Shown here piece after piece: positions 10,242-22,100 of a stretch of 64,000 bases of DNA. Numbering within the stretch: position 1 is the stretch's first letter; every line of letters begins with the position of its first letter. Below the pieces are notes generated by a model. The model was not told the DNA's origin and did not search any database. It saw only the letters and a list, made by a program, of their open reading frames with translations. Position numbers and translations under genes: made by a program. This DNA comes from Octopus sinensis (lineage: Eukaryota), in assembly GCF_006345805.1 (NCBI RefSeq), contig NC_042998.1:134788001-134852000 (forward strand), given 5' to 3'.

Positions 10242-13200
10242 ATATATATATAATATTTTTCAAGATGAAAATAATTCTTCTGTTTAGGGCATTATTTCCT
10301 AGGTTTCCAATGTTTTTCGTATCATACTTTATTTAAGGAATTCCTTTCATTTCCCTATAAATATATATACATAAAAACCATTAGAAAACTCAACTCATTA
10401 GACAGAGTTCAATAAATGTCATCAAATAAACGGAACAGGTTTTGATGCTAATTATTTATTTAATTTAACAAGACAGTTATTTCTGTCAATTGTAGACCTG
10501 AAATATGGTCTTTTATGACAGAAACAGCTGTCTGGTTAAATGAAATAAATAATTAGCATCAAAACCTGTTTCAGTTATTTGATGACGTTTATTGGACACC
10601 ATCTAATAAATTGATTCTTCTAATTATTTATCAATATACATATATATATATATATGTTTTACTCGAACCCCGAAGTTTCTAGATGTTCAGTAATTTCTGT
10701 CGCAGAAAATTCCCTACGTATTAACTTAAAACCTGTTGTTCCTTCGTCATTATTCCTTTCCCCAAAGATACCCTAAATTCCCTACGAAATATTTTCTCTC
10801 TCTCTTATTTATATTACGTTCTTCTCGAACCCCGAAGTTCCTAGATGTTCAGTAATTTCTGTTGCAGAAAATTCCCTACGTATTAACTTAAAACCTGTTG
10901 TTCCTTCGTCGTTATTCCTTTCCCCAAAGATACCCTAAATTCCCTACAAAATTTTTTCTCTCTCTCTTATTTATATTACGTTCTTCTCGAACCCCGAAGT
11001 TCCTAGATGTTCAGTAATTTCTGTTGCAGAAAATTCCCTACGTATTAACTTAAAACCTGTTGTTCCTTCGTCGTTATTCCTTTCCCCAAAGATACCCTAA
11101 ATTCCCTACAAAATTTTTTCTCTCTCTCTTATTTATATTACGTTCTTCTCGAACCCCGAAGTTCCTAGATGTTCAGTAATTTCTGTTGCAGAAAATTCCC
11201 TACGTATTAACTTAAAACCTGTTGTTCCTTCGTCGTTATTCCTTTCCCCAAGATACCCTAAATTCCCTACAAAATTTTTTCTCTCTCTTATTTATATTAC
11301 GTTCTTCTCGAACCCCGAAGTTCCTAGATGTTCAGTAATTTCTGTTGCAGAAAATTCCCTACGTATTAACTTAAAACCTGTTGTTCCTTCGTCGTTATTC
11401 CTTTCCCCAAAGATACCCTAAATTCCCTACGAAATTTTTTCTCTCTCTCTTATTTATATTACGTTCTTCTCGAACCCCGAAGTTCCTAGATGTTCAGTAA
11501 TTTCTGTTGCAGAAAATTCCCTACGTATTAACTTAAAACCTGTTGTTCCTTCGAGGTGACCCCGCCCTCCCACCCATCCACCAGAACCGGAAGTTTCTGT
11601 TTTCTATCTTTCTTGACCCCCCCCCCCGCACCCCTATGTAGGGTTTATTGTGATCATATAGCGCAAAAACTGTGAAATTTATGCAGGTTGTAGTCTAGAG
11701 TCTCAGTATGATATCTGGCAAATGCAAGCTTTCTTTTCAGGTACATAACACTGCTGTCCCTCATCCCAGGGTCTCAGAGGCCCACACCTCCCACACCCTC
11801 AACGTTGGCACATTGAAAGGTAGGTCTGGCGAGATAGTCGAGATGCTTGAACGGAGACATGTTGATGTATGTTGTATGCAAGAAATAAGGTGGAGAGGAG
11901 GATCTGCTAGGGTCCTCACAGGCAAGGAACACAGGTACAAGATTTTCTGGGCAGGGAACACTGACGGGGTTGGTGGCGTGGGTATACTTATCGCTGAGAA
12001 ATGGATAGATAGAGTAACTGAGGTAATCAGAGTAAGTGACAGAATACTTAAGATTAGAATAGTGCTTCATAATAGATTAGCAACCATTATATCGGCCTAT
12101 GCCCCTCAGCCAGGGCTACCCGATGGACAGAAAGACAGTTTCTATGACACCCTACTGCAGACCACCTCATCGACGAACGACAGGGACCTTCTCTTTGTGG
12201 CTGGTGATTTCAATGGGCATGTTGGACGACATGCTGGGGGCTTCCATGGCGTACATGGAGGCTACGGTTATGGTTCCCGCAACGAGGAGGGAACCAGGCT
12301 GCTGGAGTTCTGCGATGCGAATAGTCTTATGGTCTGCAACACTAACTTCAGGAAACCAACAAGCCACCTGGTCACCTACCGATCGGGCCGGCATACTAGC
12401 CAAATCGACTACATCCTTGCCAGAAAAAGGGAAAGATGGCTGCTTATAAATGCCAAAACCTTCCCAGGCGAAGAATGCACCCCACAACATAGACTGGTAG
12501 TTAGTGACTTTAGGATCAGGACTAAGAGGGCGACTAGAAGATGACCAACATGGAGAAGAAGGGTCTGGAAGCTTAAAGCCCCTGCGAATGGACAGAGATT
12601 TAGAGATATGTTACTTGAAGCCTTTGACGAAGTGGAAGGGGGTATAGCTACACACGGGGTAGAAGACAACTGGACGTTTCTGAGGGACAACCTGCTGAAA
12701 GCCGCTGACCAGATCTGTGGCTGGTGCAAAGTCCCCTTAAGACCCAAAATAACGTGGTGGTGGAACAATATTGTTGACAGGGCTATTAGACAAAAGAAAC
12801 AGGCTTGGAAGGCCTGGAAGAACGGTGGTAGCAGGGAAGGGTATCAGACTGCCAGAAGTGAAGCTAGGAGACAGGTCTATCTAGCCAGAGGGGAAGCAGA
12901 TAAGAGAAAATTTGCCAATGTCCTGCGCCGTGAGGATGAAAGACTTGAGGTATTTCGTGTTGCAAGACAGTGTGTGAGAGAGAATCGTGATGTGGTAGGA
13001 GAGAAATGTGTTCGCATGGAGGATGGTTCACTTGCGCTAAATGAGGATGCAAAGAGAGAAGCTTGGAGACGCCACTATGAAAGGTTACTGAATGAGGAAA
13101 ATGAATGGGATAAAGAGAGTCTGCCGAATGTTGACCCTACAGAGGGACCAGCTATCCGAGTTGATAGTTCCGTGGTAGCTAAGGCAATTAGAAGCATGAA

Positions 13201-16200
13201 GACAGGGAAAGCCCCAGGCCCATCAGGAATTACTGCAGAGATGCTCAAAATATCTGGCAGTGTCGGCTATAACCTAGTCACCCGTATAGTCAACCAGGTG
13301 ATACACGAAGGAGTCATACCCAATGACTGGTGCAGCAGCATACTAGTCAACTGCTACAAAGGTAAAGGTGATGCCCTAGATACAAATAATTACAGAGGTA
13401 TCAAGCTGTTGGATCAAGTAATGAAGGTTACGGAGAGGGTCATAGCCCAACTAATTAGAGAGAGAGTTAGTTTAGATGAGATGCAGTTTGTGTTCGTGCC
13501 AGGGAAAAGTACCACTGATGCTATATTCCTGGTAAGGCAGCTGCAGGAGAAATACCTAGCCAAAGATAAGCCCCTGTACCTGGCTTTCGTTGACATGGAG
13601 AAAGCTTTTGATAGGGTCCCCCGATCCCTTATCTGGTGGTCAATGAGGAAACTAGGGATAGATGAATGGCTGGTGAGGACTGTGCAAGCCATGTACAGAG
13701 ATGCCATAAGTAAGGTTAGGGTTGGCAACATGTACACAGAAGAATTCAAAGTAGAGGTGGGGTCCACCAGGGTTCAGTACTCAGCCCCCTCCTATTTATC
13801 ATAGTACTCCAGGCAATTACGGAGGAATTCAAGACAGGCTGTCCCTGGGAGCTCCTCTACGCTGACGACCTTGCTCTTATTGCTGAGTCACTATCAGAAC
13901 TGGAGGAGAAGTTCCAGGTGTGGAAGGAGGGTTTAGAATCAAGGGGCCTTAGAGTCAACCTAGCTAAAACCAAAGTACTAATAAGTAGAAAGGTAGACAA
14001 TCCACAAATATCTTCAGGAAGATGGCCCTGCTCGATCTGTAGAAAAGGTGTAGGTAGAAACTCTATAAGATGTACCCAGTGTAAGCTATGGACACATAAG
14101 AGGTGCAGCAATGTCAAAGGTAGGCTAACTGGGAAGATAGTTTTTGTATGTGGCAGATGCTCGGGAGCATTAACCTCTGAAAATCTGCAGAAAACAACTT
14201 CCGTCACTTTCCAGGGGGAAAAACTAGAAGTAGTTGATAGCTTCCGTTATCTAGGTGACCAAGTCAGTAGTGGGGGTGGGTGCGCTGAAAGTGTAACTGC
14301 TAGAATAAGAATAGCCTGGGCAAAGTTTAGGGAGCTCTTACCTCTGCTGGTGACTAAAGGCCTCTCGCTCAGAGTAAAAGGCAGACTGTATGATGCGTGT
14401 GTACGAACAGCCATGCTACATGGCAGCGAAACATGGGCCGTGACTGCTGAGGACATGCGTAAGCTCGTGAGGAATGAAGCCAGTATGCTCCGATGGATGT
14501 GTAATGTCAGTGTACATACTCGACAGAGCATTAGCACCTTGAGAGAAATGTTGTACCTAAGAAGCATCAGTTGTGGTGTGCAAGAGAGACGATTGCGCTG
14601 GTATGGTCATGTGGCGAGAATGGATGAAGATAGGTGTGTGAGAAAGTGCCAATCCCTAGCAGTTGAGGGAACCCGTGGAAGAGGTAGACCCAGGAAAACC
14701 TGGGACGAGGTGGTGAAGCACGACCTTCGAACTTTAGGCCTCACTGAGGAAATGACCAGAGACCGAGACCTTTGGAAATATTCTGTACGTGAGAAGACCA
14801 GGCAGGACAAGTGAGCCCAGCCCACTTATGAATGCCTTTCCTCCCTTGGACACAAAGACCGGTTGAGGCAAGCGAAGTCGATATAGAACCTCATCCGACG
14901 ACAGACACCCATGCCAACCCCCCATGCTTGCGAAGACATGTTGGGGCAAGCGAAATCGAAATCGAAACCGAATTGAACCAGCCAGGATCCCTGGCCTGGT
15001 GGTACGTAAAAAGCACTATCCGACTCGTGGCCGTGGCACGTAAAATACTCCAATGCGACCGTACGACAGGCACCCATGCCAACCCCCTTTGCTTGTGAAG
15101 ACATGTTGGGGCAAGCGAAATCGAAATCGAATTGAACCAGCCAGGATCCCTGGTCTGGTGGTACGTAAAAAGCACTATCCGACTCGTGGCCGTGGCACGT
15201 AAAATACTCCAATGCGACCGTACGACAGGCACCCATGCCAACCCCCTTTGCTTGTGAAGACATGTTGGGGCAAGCGAAATCGAAATCGAATTGAACCAGC
15301 CAGGATCCCTGGTCTGGTGGTACGTAAAAAGCACTATCCGACTCGTGGCCGATGCCAGCACCGCCTCGACTGGCTTCCGTGCCGGTGGCACATAAAATAC
15401 ACCAATCTGACCGTGGCCGTTGCCAGCCCCGCCTGGCACCTGTGCAGGTGGCACGTAAAAAGCACCCACTACACTCACGGAGTGGTTGGCGTTAGGAAGG
15501 GCATCCAGCTGTAGAAACATTGCCAGATTAGACTGGAGCCTGGTGCAGCCTTCTAGCTTCCCAGAACCCCGGTCGAACCGTCCAACCCATGCTAGCATGG
15601 AGAACGGACGTTAAACGACGATGATGATGATGATGATATATGTACATATATATGTACATATATTTATATGTATATTTATTTTTTAATTCTATCTAGTTTC
15701 AGCTCACGAGTTGTGGCCATGCTGGGGCACTGCCATTTGGTGTTGCTACATGATTTTACTTCACGAATGCTTTTTAGCAATTGACATTTAGTGCATGAGA
15801 GAGTTTGATGCAGCTGCCCTCATCTGCACCTCCTGCTGTGAAGTTGGTTCATCAAGGACACTTGACAGGAAGAGATCCAGTTTTATTTTAAAGACATCTG
15901 CATCCACCCCGTGTCGGTCTCTCAGGTCCTTCGGGAGGATATTGAAGATGTGTGTACCTCTGAAGCCCAGGCTATCACAGTATATTGTCCTACATCTTGA
16001 TGGCAAATTTGGAGTCCTTGGCACTATGCAGTGGCGCCCAATTCTAGTATTTGTGTAACTCTCGATGCCAAAGTTTGGAACAAGTCCTCCCAGGATCTTC
16101 CAGATGTATACTATGGCATATCTTTCTCGCCTACACTCTAAGGAATAGAGTCTTAATCTCTTGAGTCTTTCCCAATAGCTTATGTGCTGCACAGAGGCTA

Positions 16201-16685
16201 TCTTCTTCGTGTAGCTTCGTTGGATCGCCTCAAGTTCTGTGATTAATTTGACACTGAATGGTGACCATAGCTGAGAGCAAGAGGATCATGATGGTTTCCT
16301 GGTCTCTTGTTCTAAAGGCTCTAAGAATCCATCCGGTCAGCCGCCTACATTTCATTGCCAATTTAGCAACATGCACATGAAAGGTTGCATCATTACTCAT
16401 GTAAATACCCAGGTCTCGCACTGATTGTGCCTCTGGGATTGCAATCCCTCCAGGTCCAATGTATTTATTGGGTATTGCATTTAGTTTTGCATGCTGATAG
16501 CATAAAGCTTGAAACTTTTCAGCATTGAACTGCATGCTATTCTTTTCAGCCCACTTATATATTTTGTCCATCTCACATTGCAGGTTCTTTATTACCTGTG
16601 AAACTTTTGTATCATCTGCATAACTTGTGATCGTGGCTCTCTGCGTGGCTGAGGGCCATTATGAACAGTAGTGGTCCCAAAACAG

Positions 16686-16761
<76 letters not shown>

Positions 16762-17085
16762 TTTTATTTTACTTGTTTCAGTCATTTGACTGCGTCCATG
16801 GTGGAGCACTGCCTTTAGTTGAACAAACTGACCCTAGGACTTATTCTTTGTAAGCCTAATACTTATTCTATTGGTCAGTTTTGCTGAACTGCTAAGTTAC
16901 GGAGATGTAAACATACCAACATCAGTTGTCAAACATACTCACAAACATCTACCAAATCCACTCATAAGGCTTTGGTCGGCTCAAGGCTATAGAAGAAGAC
17001 ACTTTCCTAAGGTGCCATGCAGTGGGACTGAACCCGGAACCATGTGGTTGGTAAGCAAGCTAGTTACCACATAACCATTCTTGCG

Positions 17086-17160
<75 letters not shown>

Positions 17161-19132
17161 TACATACAAACACATACATAGATGGCAGTCTTACAAACAA
17201 TTTCCTTCAACCAATTCTGTTCATATGGCATTGGTAAGCATGAAGTTATAGTAGAAATCATTTTCTCAAGGTACAGCTCAATGGAACTGAATTGGTTGTG
17301 AGGCAAATTTCTAAACCACACAGCTATTCATATATATATTCAGCCCCGTCACACAATAGACAAAAAGAAATTGCAAAGAAGGAGTATATGGAAGTTAAAA
17401 AAGCTAACAATCTGCAACAGCATCAGAGATGTTTTACATGACACGTATGACAAAGAGACAGAAGATGACAGACTGAATTTATGACTGGTGCAAGGTGTCA
17501 GGTTAAAACAGAGTGACATAGCAGGGCAATAGTTGTGACAATGGAGCCATAAAAGCGAAGAGAAAAATTGAAAGAGACAGCAAAAAGCAACATCAGATCA
17601 AAAGAAGAGAAGCATCAAGTATATTGAGCAAGAGGAGAAGTTTGCCACTGTTCTAAGACATGAGGATCAGCAGCATGAGGTATTCTGGGTTACAAGGCAT
17701 GTGTGTGGAAAAATTAAGACATCATTGGCGAGAAATGTGTATGGAATGATTATGGCACTTTTGCTCTTTGACATTGAATGAAAAGAATGCATGAGAGAAA
17801 GGAAGTCTACTCTGAGAAAAACAGACATCAGCCATTCAAACTGACAGCAATATGGTGGGTAGAATTGTTAAGGATTTGAAGGCAGGAAAGACAGTTAGTC
17901 CATCAGGAATTATCACTGAGATGTTTAAAATGTCTGAATGGAACTTATGCAAGAAGGAAGCCAATGAAGACATGGAATAAATTGATGAAGGCTTATTTGA
18001 AAATGTTGCATTTCATAAACATAAGGACAAGCTGATTGGCAACATTCAAGAGAAGACCTACTCACCATTGCAGGCATAGCAAAATGTATGTTAAATTGGA
18101 AGCATAACACACTCAACACACACACACACACCAAGCAGCGTGATCCTCCACTGCCAAATGAGGTACTGAAGGCCAATCTCAAAATGCTGAGCCTTATGGA
18201 GGAGATGACAAAGGACCAAGATATCTGACACCCTGCTGTTCTCGAGAAGATCCATCCACCACAATAAATTTGATATCTTAAAAATCATTTTGGTAAATGC
18301 TTGTACATGCAGAGCTCTGCCTCACCAAGCTTTTCCCCACATCTCATATTCTCATTGCTTCTCTATCTCTGGTATTTTTCAACCATAATCATCAGAGAGC
18401 AGAATTGGCACCTTCTCCTTTTTGTTACTTTCCTTTTTCTTTCCCCACCCTCATAACCACTTCCATTCATCATTACCTTCCTCCAGCCATGCTTTCTACC
18501 CTCCATCCTTAACACGCCTTTTATCTGCAATCACTCCCAATGCCCTCACACATCTAATATAACCCCTTCCCCCTGAACCACTCCCATACCTCTCACCATC
18601 AATTACTACAATCACTGCTATCCCATCTGATCACTCTCTCCTCACATACTTATAAAATTTACCTCTCTTCTCACCCACCCAGTCTAATCCTCTGTATCAT
18701 TTCACCTATATTCACCACCACCCCACTGTACCTTGAGGGTATGTCCTGACAGATAACCACCACCATCTTTCTCATCTCCATCTTTCTTTTTAAGTTACTC
18801 TTTCCCTTCCTCCTTCCCCAACTAGGGGTATCCTTGCAACTCTTCTACAGCAAGACACATTATCCTTCTATTATTGTTTTGAACTCTCATCAACTGGCAA
18901 AAGCTACTTCCCTTGGTATTACTAGTTCCAGTCAAGGGACTTTGTCTTGCAAGTTGCTTGGCGACCCCCACCAGTGCTGGTACCATGAAAAAGGCATCCA
19001 GTACATTCTATAAAGTGGATGGCATCAGGAAAAGCATCCTGCCTTAGAACCATGCCAAAACAGACAACAGAGCTTGGCACAGTCCTTTGGCTTGCTAAGA
19101 CGTTAAATGCTGCTGCTGCTGCTAATATATTA

Positions 19133-19165
<33 letters not shown>

Positions 19166-22100
19166 GCAAGCGAAATCTGCATTTGCTTTGTCTGCTTCTT
19201 CTCTTAATCACCTTTTGTTTTATTCCCATTGTTTTATGCAGTCTGTGTAACAAAGGATGGCAGCATATCTCTCCTTCCCACCAAAATAATGCCTCTTGTG
19301 AAAGTAGTGATGTCACTGTGCCTACCCAACCCTCACATCCCTCCAACAGTCAACCTCCCTCATCCATATCAGCTTACTTCTCTTGCCCAGCACAAGGTAT
19401 ATAGGATCACATCAAATCTGCATGTATCCCAAACACTCTCTACTATAACCCCTTCAGAACTCACAGCTATCATTAATGATAGAGTTGTCTTGTATCCTGT
19501 TATATTAGAGCACCAAGGTGGTGAGCTGACAGATCATTAACATACTGGGTTAAATGCTTAGTGGCATTTTGTCCATTTATTCAGACATTTCTTACTCAAT
19601 TATATATGTTTTTATATCTCAAAAAGGCTATTTTCTTTTCCCTAAACCTATCAACTCTGCATATTCACACTTATAAACTCTCCTGCTTACACAATAAATA
19701 AATTAAAGTTAGCAAGTAGAGAGAAAACTAGTAGTATACATGTGTATAGTAGGGAAGAAAGAAATAAAAAAAGAAAATATCTGTCAAAATAAGATAAAGA
19801 AGAGAAAAATATTAGCTGCAGAGAGCCAGTTCAGAGAGAATGGCTGATTGGCACTTGAATAAAGTGAAATGATGAACAATATTCAATGGATGCAATTTGT
19901 TAATAATATACAATTCTTGTACAAAATACCTTTAAGGCTGTTAAACTAAAATGTAAATAAGGAAGAACTCAAAATAATCATAGAATATGACAGATCCTCC
20001 AGAATATAGTTTGGTGAATTCAGCCATTGATCACAATATCTTAACAATAATAGTTACAAGGATAGTGTTGATTACAATGACCAACAACAAAAAGAAAGAA
20101 AACACCTTTCACCATTAATTTATACAAATTTGAGTTTGCGGTTAATATTTGCATAGAAAATGGATGAAAAATGTTATGATTATAAGAACAAAGAAAAGAA
20201 ATAACAAACATATATAAATAAGAAAATAGTGAAAATATATTGCTTTGTGTGATGTGGAATAGTAAAAAGTACTATGAAAACTTCATATATATATACATGT
20301 GTGTGTGTGTTGAATGATGAGAATGAGTGCTCGACACTGCATTGGTGGATATAATTTCTTTATTTGTGAATTAAGGCTACCATTGGTTTCATGTCAAGAA
20401 AAGTAGGAAAATATCCTAGTGCCTTAACAATTTTCAAGTTAATCACATGTTTTCCATTTTGGAAAACACAGCCTTGTATTATTGGTTCTATATTGCTAAC
20501 TTTAACAGTATTGCTCTTGAAGATCGTGTGGTAAGTGGTTGTCTATTAGTTTTAAGAATTTCCTAGCTATGTTAGTAGCTACATTCATGCTATAAGTTGG
20601 ATTAAACTATAAGATATTCCTCTGTCTGAATCTTCTTGGCCTATTTATATTTGGTTCTATGTAGTAAATGCTATTCTTCAAGTTGGGCCTTTCTAATGCA
20701 GCATTATATGGGGTGGCTTTTCAAATGTGTTTTTGTTGGTGAATAAATTGGAGATGTGCTTGCTAATGTTGTTAACCATATTTTTAATTACTACTGGTGG
20801 GTGACTGGAACCTCTGTCTACGTACAAGGCTTCCTTGTTTGGTTTGTGGTAGGGTTTAAATTTTCCTATATTAAGATTAATGTTAATATCTAGGAAGTTG
20901 ACTTCTTCAAGGTTTGTACTAATTGTGGTTCTTAGGCCTAACTGGCTAAATATTTTGCCTAATGTCCATTTTTATTGTATATTACTCCGAGGCCATCTTC
21001 CCTATATAAACCTATGTTAGCTTATTTTATTTCTTTTTTTAAGGGTATCTAGGATATAAAGGATTACAAGATCAGCTATCTTTGCACCATCATAGCTCCC
21101 CAATGCCATACCAATTACCACACCTCCATTCCTTTTTAGCCAATAAGAATCATCATGAAAGATTAATGACTCCCTTGTATTCATAATTATATCTATATCA
21201 GCATTTGTTATCTCTCTCTATATAAACGGCAGTTTGTCTGTGTGTGTTTCTGTGTGTCTGTTTGGTTGTACCCTCACCCTGACCATGGCTTTCAACCGAT
21301 TCTGATGAAACTTGACACACACATAGCCCAATGTCATAATTCAAAACTAACGCAGCGAAAATTTTGAAAAGTTCCCCCAGTTCTGAAAAAAATCGATAAA
21401 TTCGACATGGGGTCGAGAATCAGAAACACAAACCACAGACTGTCTAGGGAACGCAACTCGACCTTTTTTAACTCTCAAAAAAAATTTACCATCATTTTTT
21501 CCCCCATTTTTTTCCTATTTTTTGGCTATAACTCTCTAAAAATGCTTTATAGTTATTTCCCTTACAAACCTGAGCAACGCCGGGCGATACTGCTAGTAGT
21601 GACATATAAGACATTCAAGTGCCTTCTGAACCAACCTTTTGGAGATCAAGGGGTAGAACTCTATGATATCGAATTGAATAAATTTGCATTTGGGTTTATC
21701 TTCTATTTTCTTGAACGATTTAATAGTTGCACTACTGAATATCCATTGAGTAGGATTTGAGTGTGCTCTGATATGCCGTATAATATTATTTAATATAGAT
21801 TTACTAAGAATTACTATTTCGCTTTTTGTGAGATCTATTAATCTACAGCTAGGATTATGCGTGAAGTTATTTTTATGATCTTTCAGAGTTATAAAAGAAT
21901 TTCGTGGGATAAGCTTTTCTACTTTGTCTTCTATTTTAAACTTTGTGGCTAAATTTTTTGCTTCTACATTAATTGAATTATAAGTGGTGGTGCTTGTTTT
22001 CTTGTAAGTTTATATATTTATATATATATATCATCATCATCATCGTTTAACGTTCGTTCTCCATGCTAGCATGGGTTGGACGGTTCGACTGGGGATCTGG

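Noticed and set aside
7031-11553. CRISPR-like interpretation of the repeat arrays
   Set aside because: Eukaryotic context; the units are contiguous with no unique spacers, and there are no cas genes.
11730-11745. Acceptor-like ttcttttcag|gt just before the RTE endonuclease
   Set aside because: No matching donor was identified, and such pyrimidine tracts are common here.
14906-14970. Possible HDV-like ribozyme in the RTE UTR repeats (GCGAA after a helix)
   Set aside because: I could not build the nested P1/P1.1/P2/P3 double pseudoknot, and such ribozymes are expected at 5' ends.
19241-19397. Plus-strand exon-like segment with ag/gt boundaries (possible nested gene)
   Set aside because: The opposite strand resembles a degraded RTE C-terminus, and no partner exons were found.
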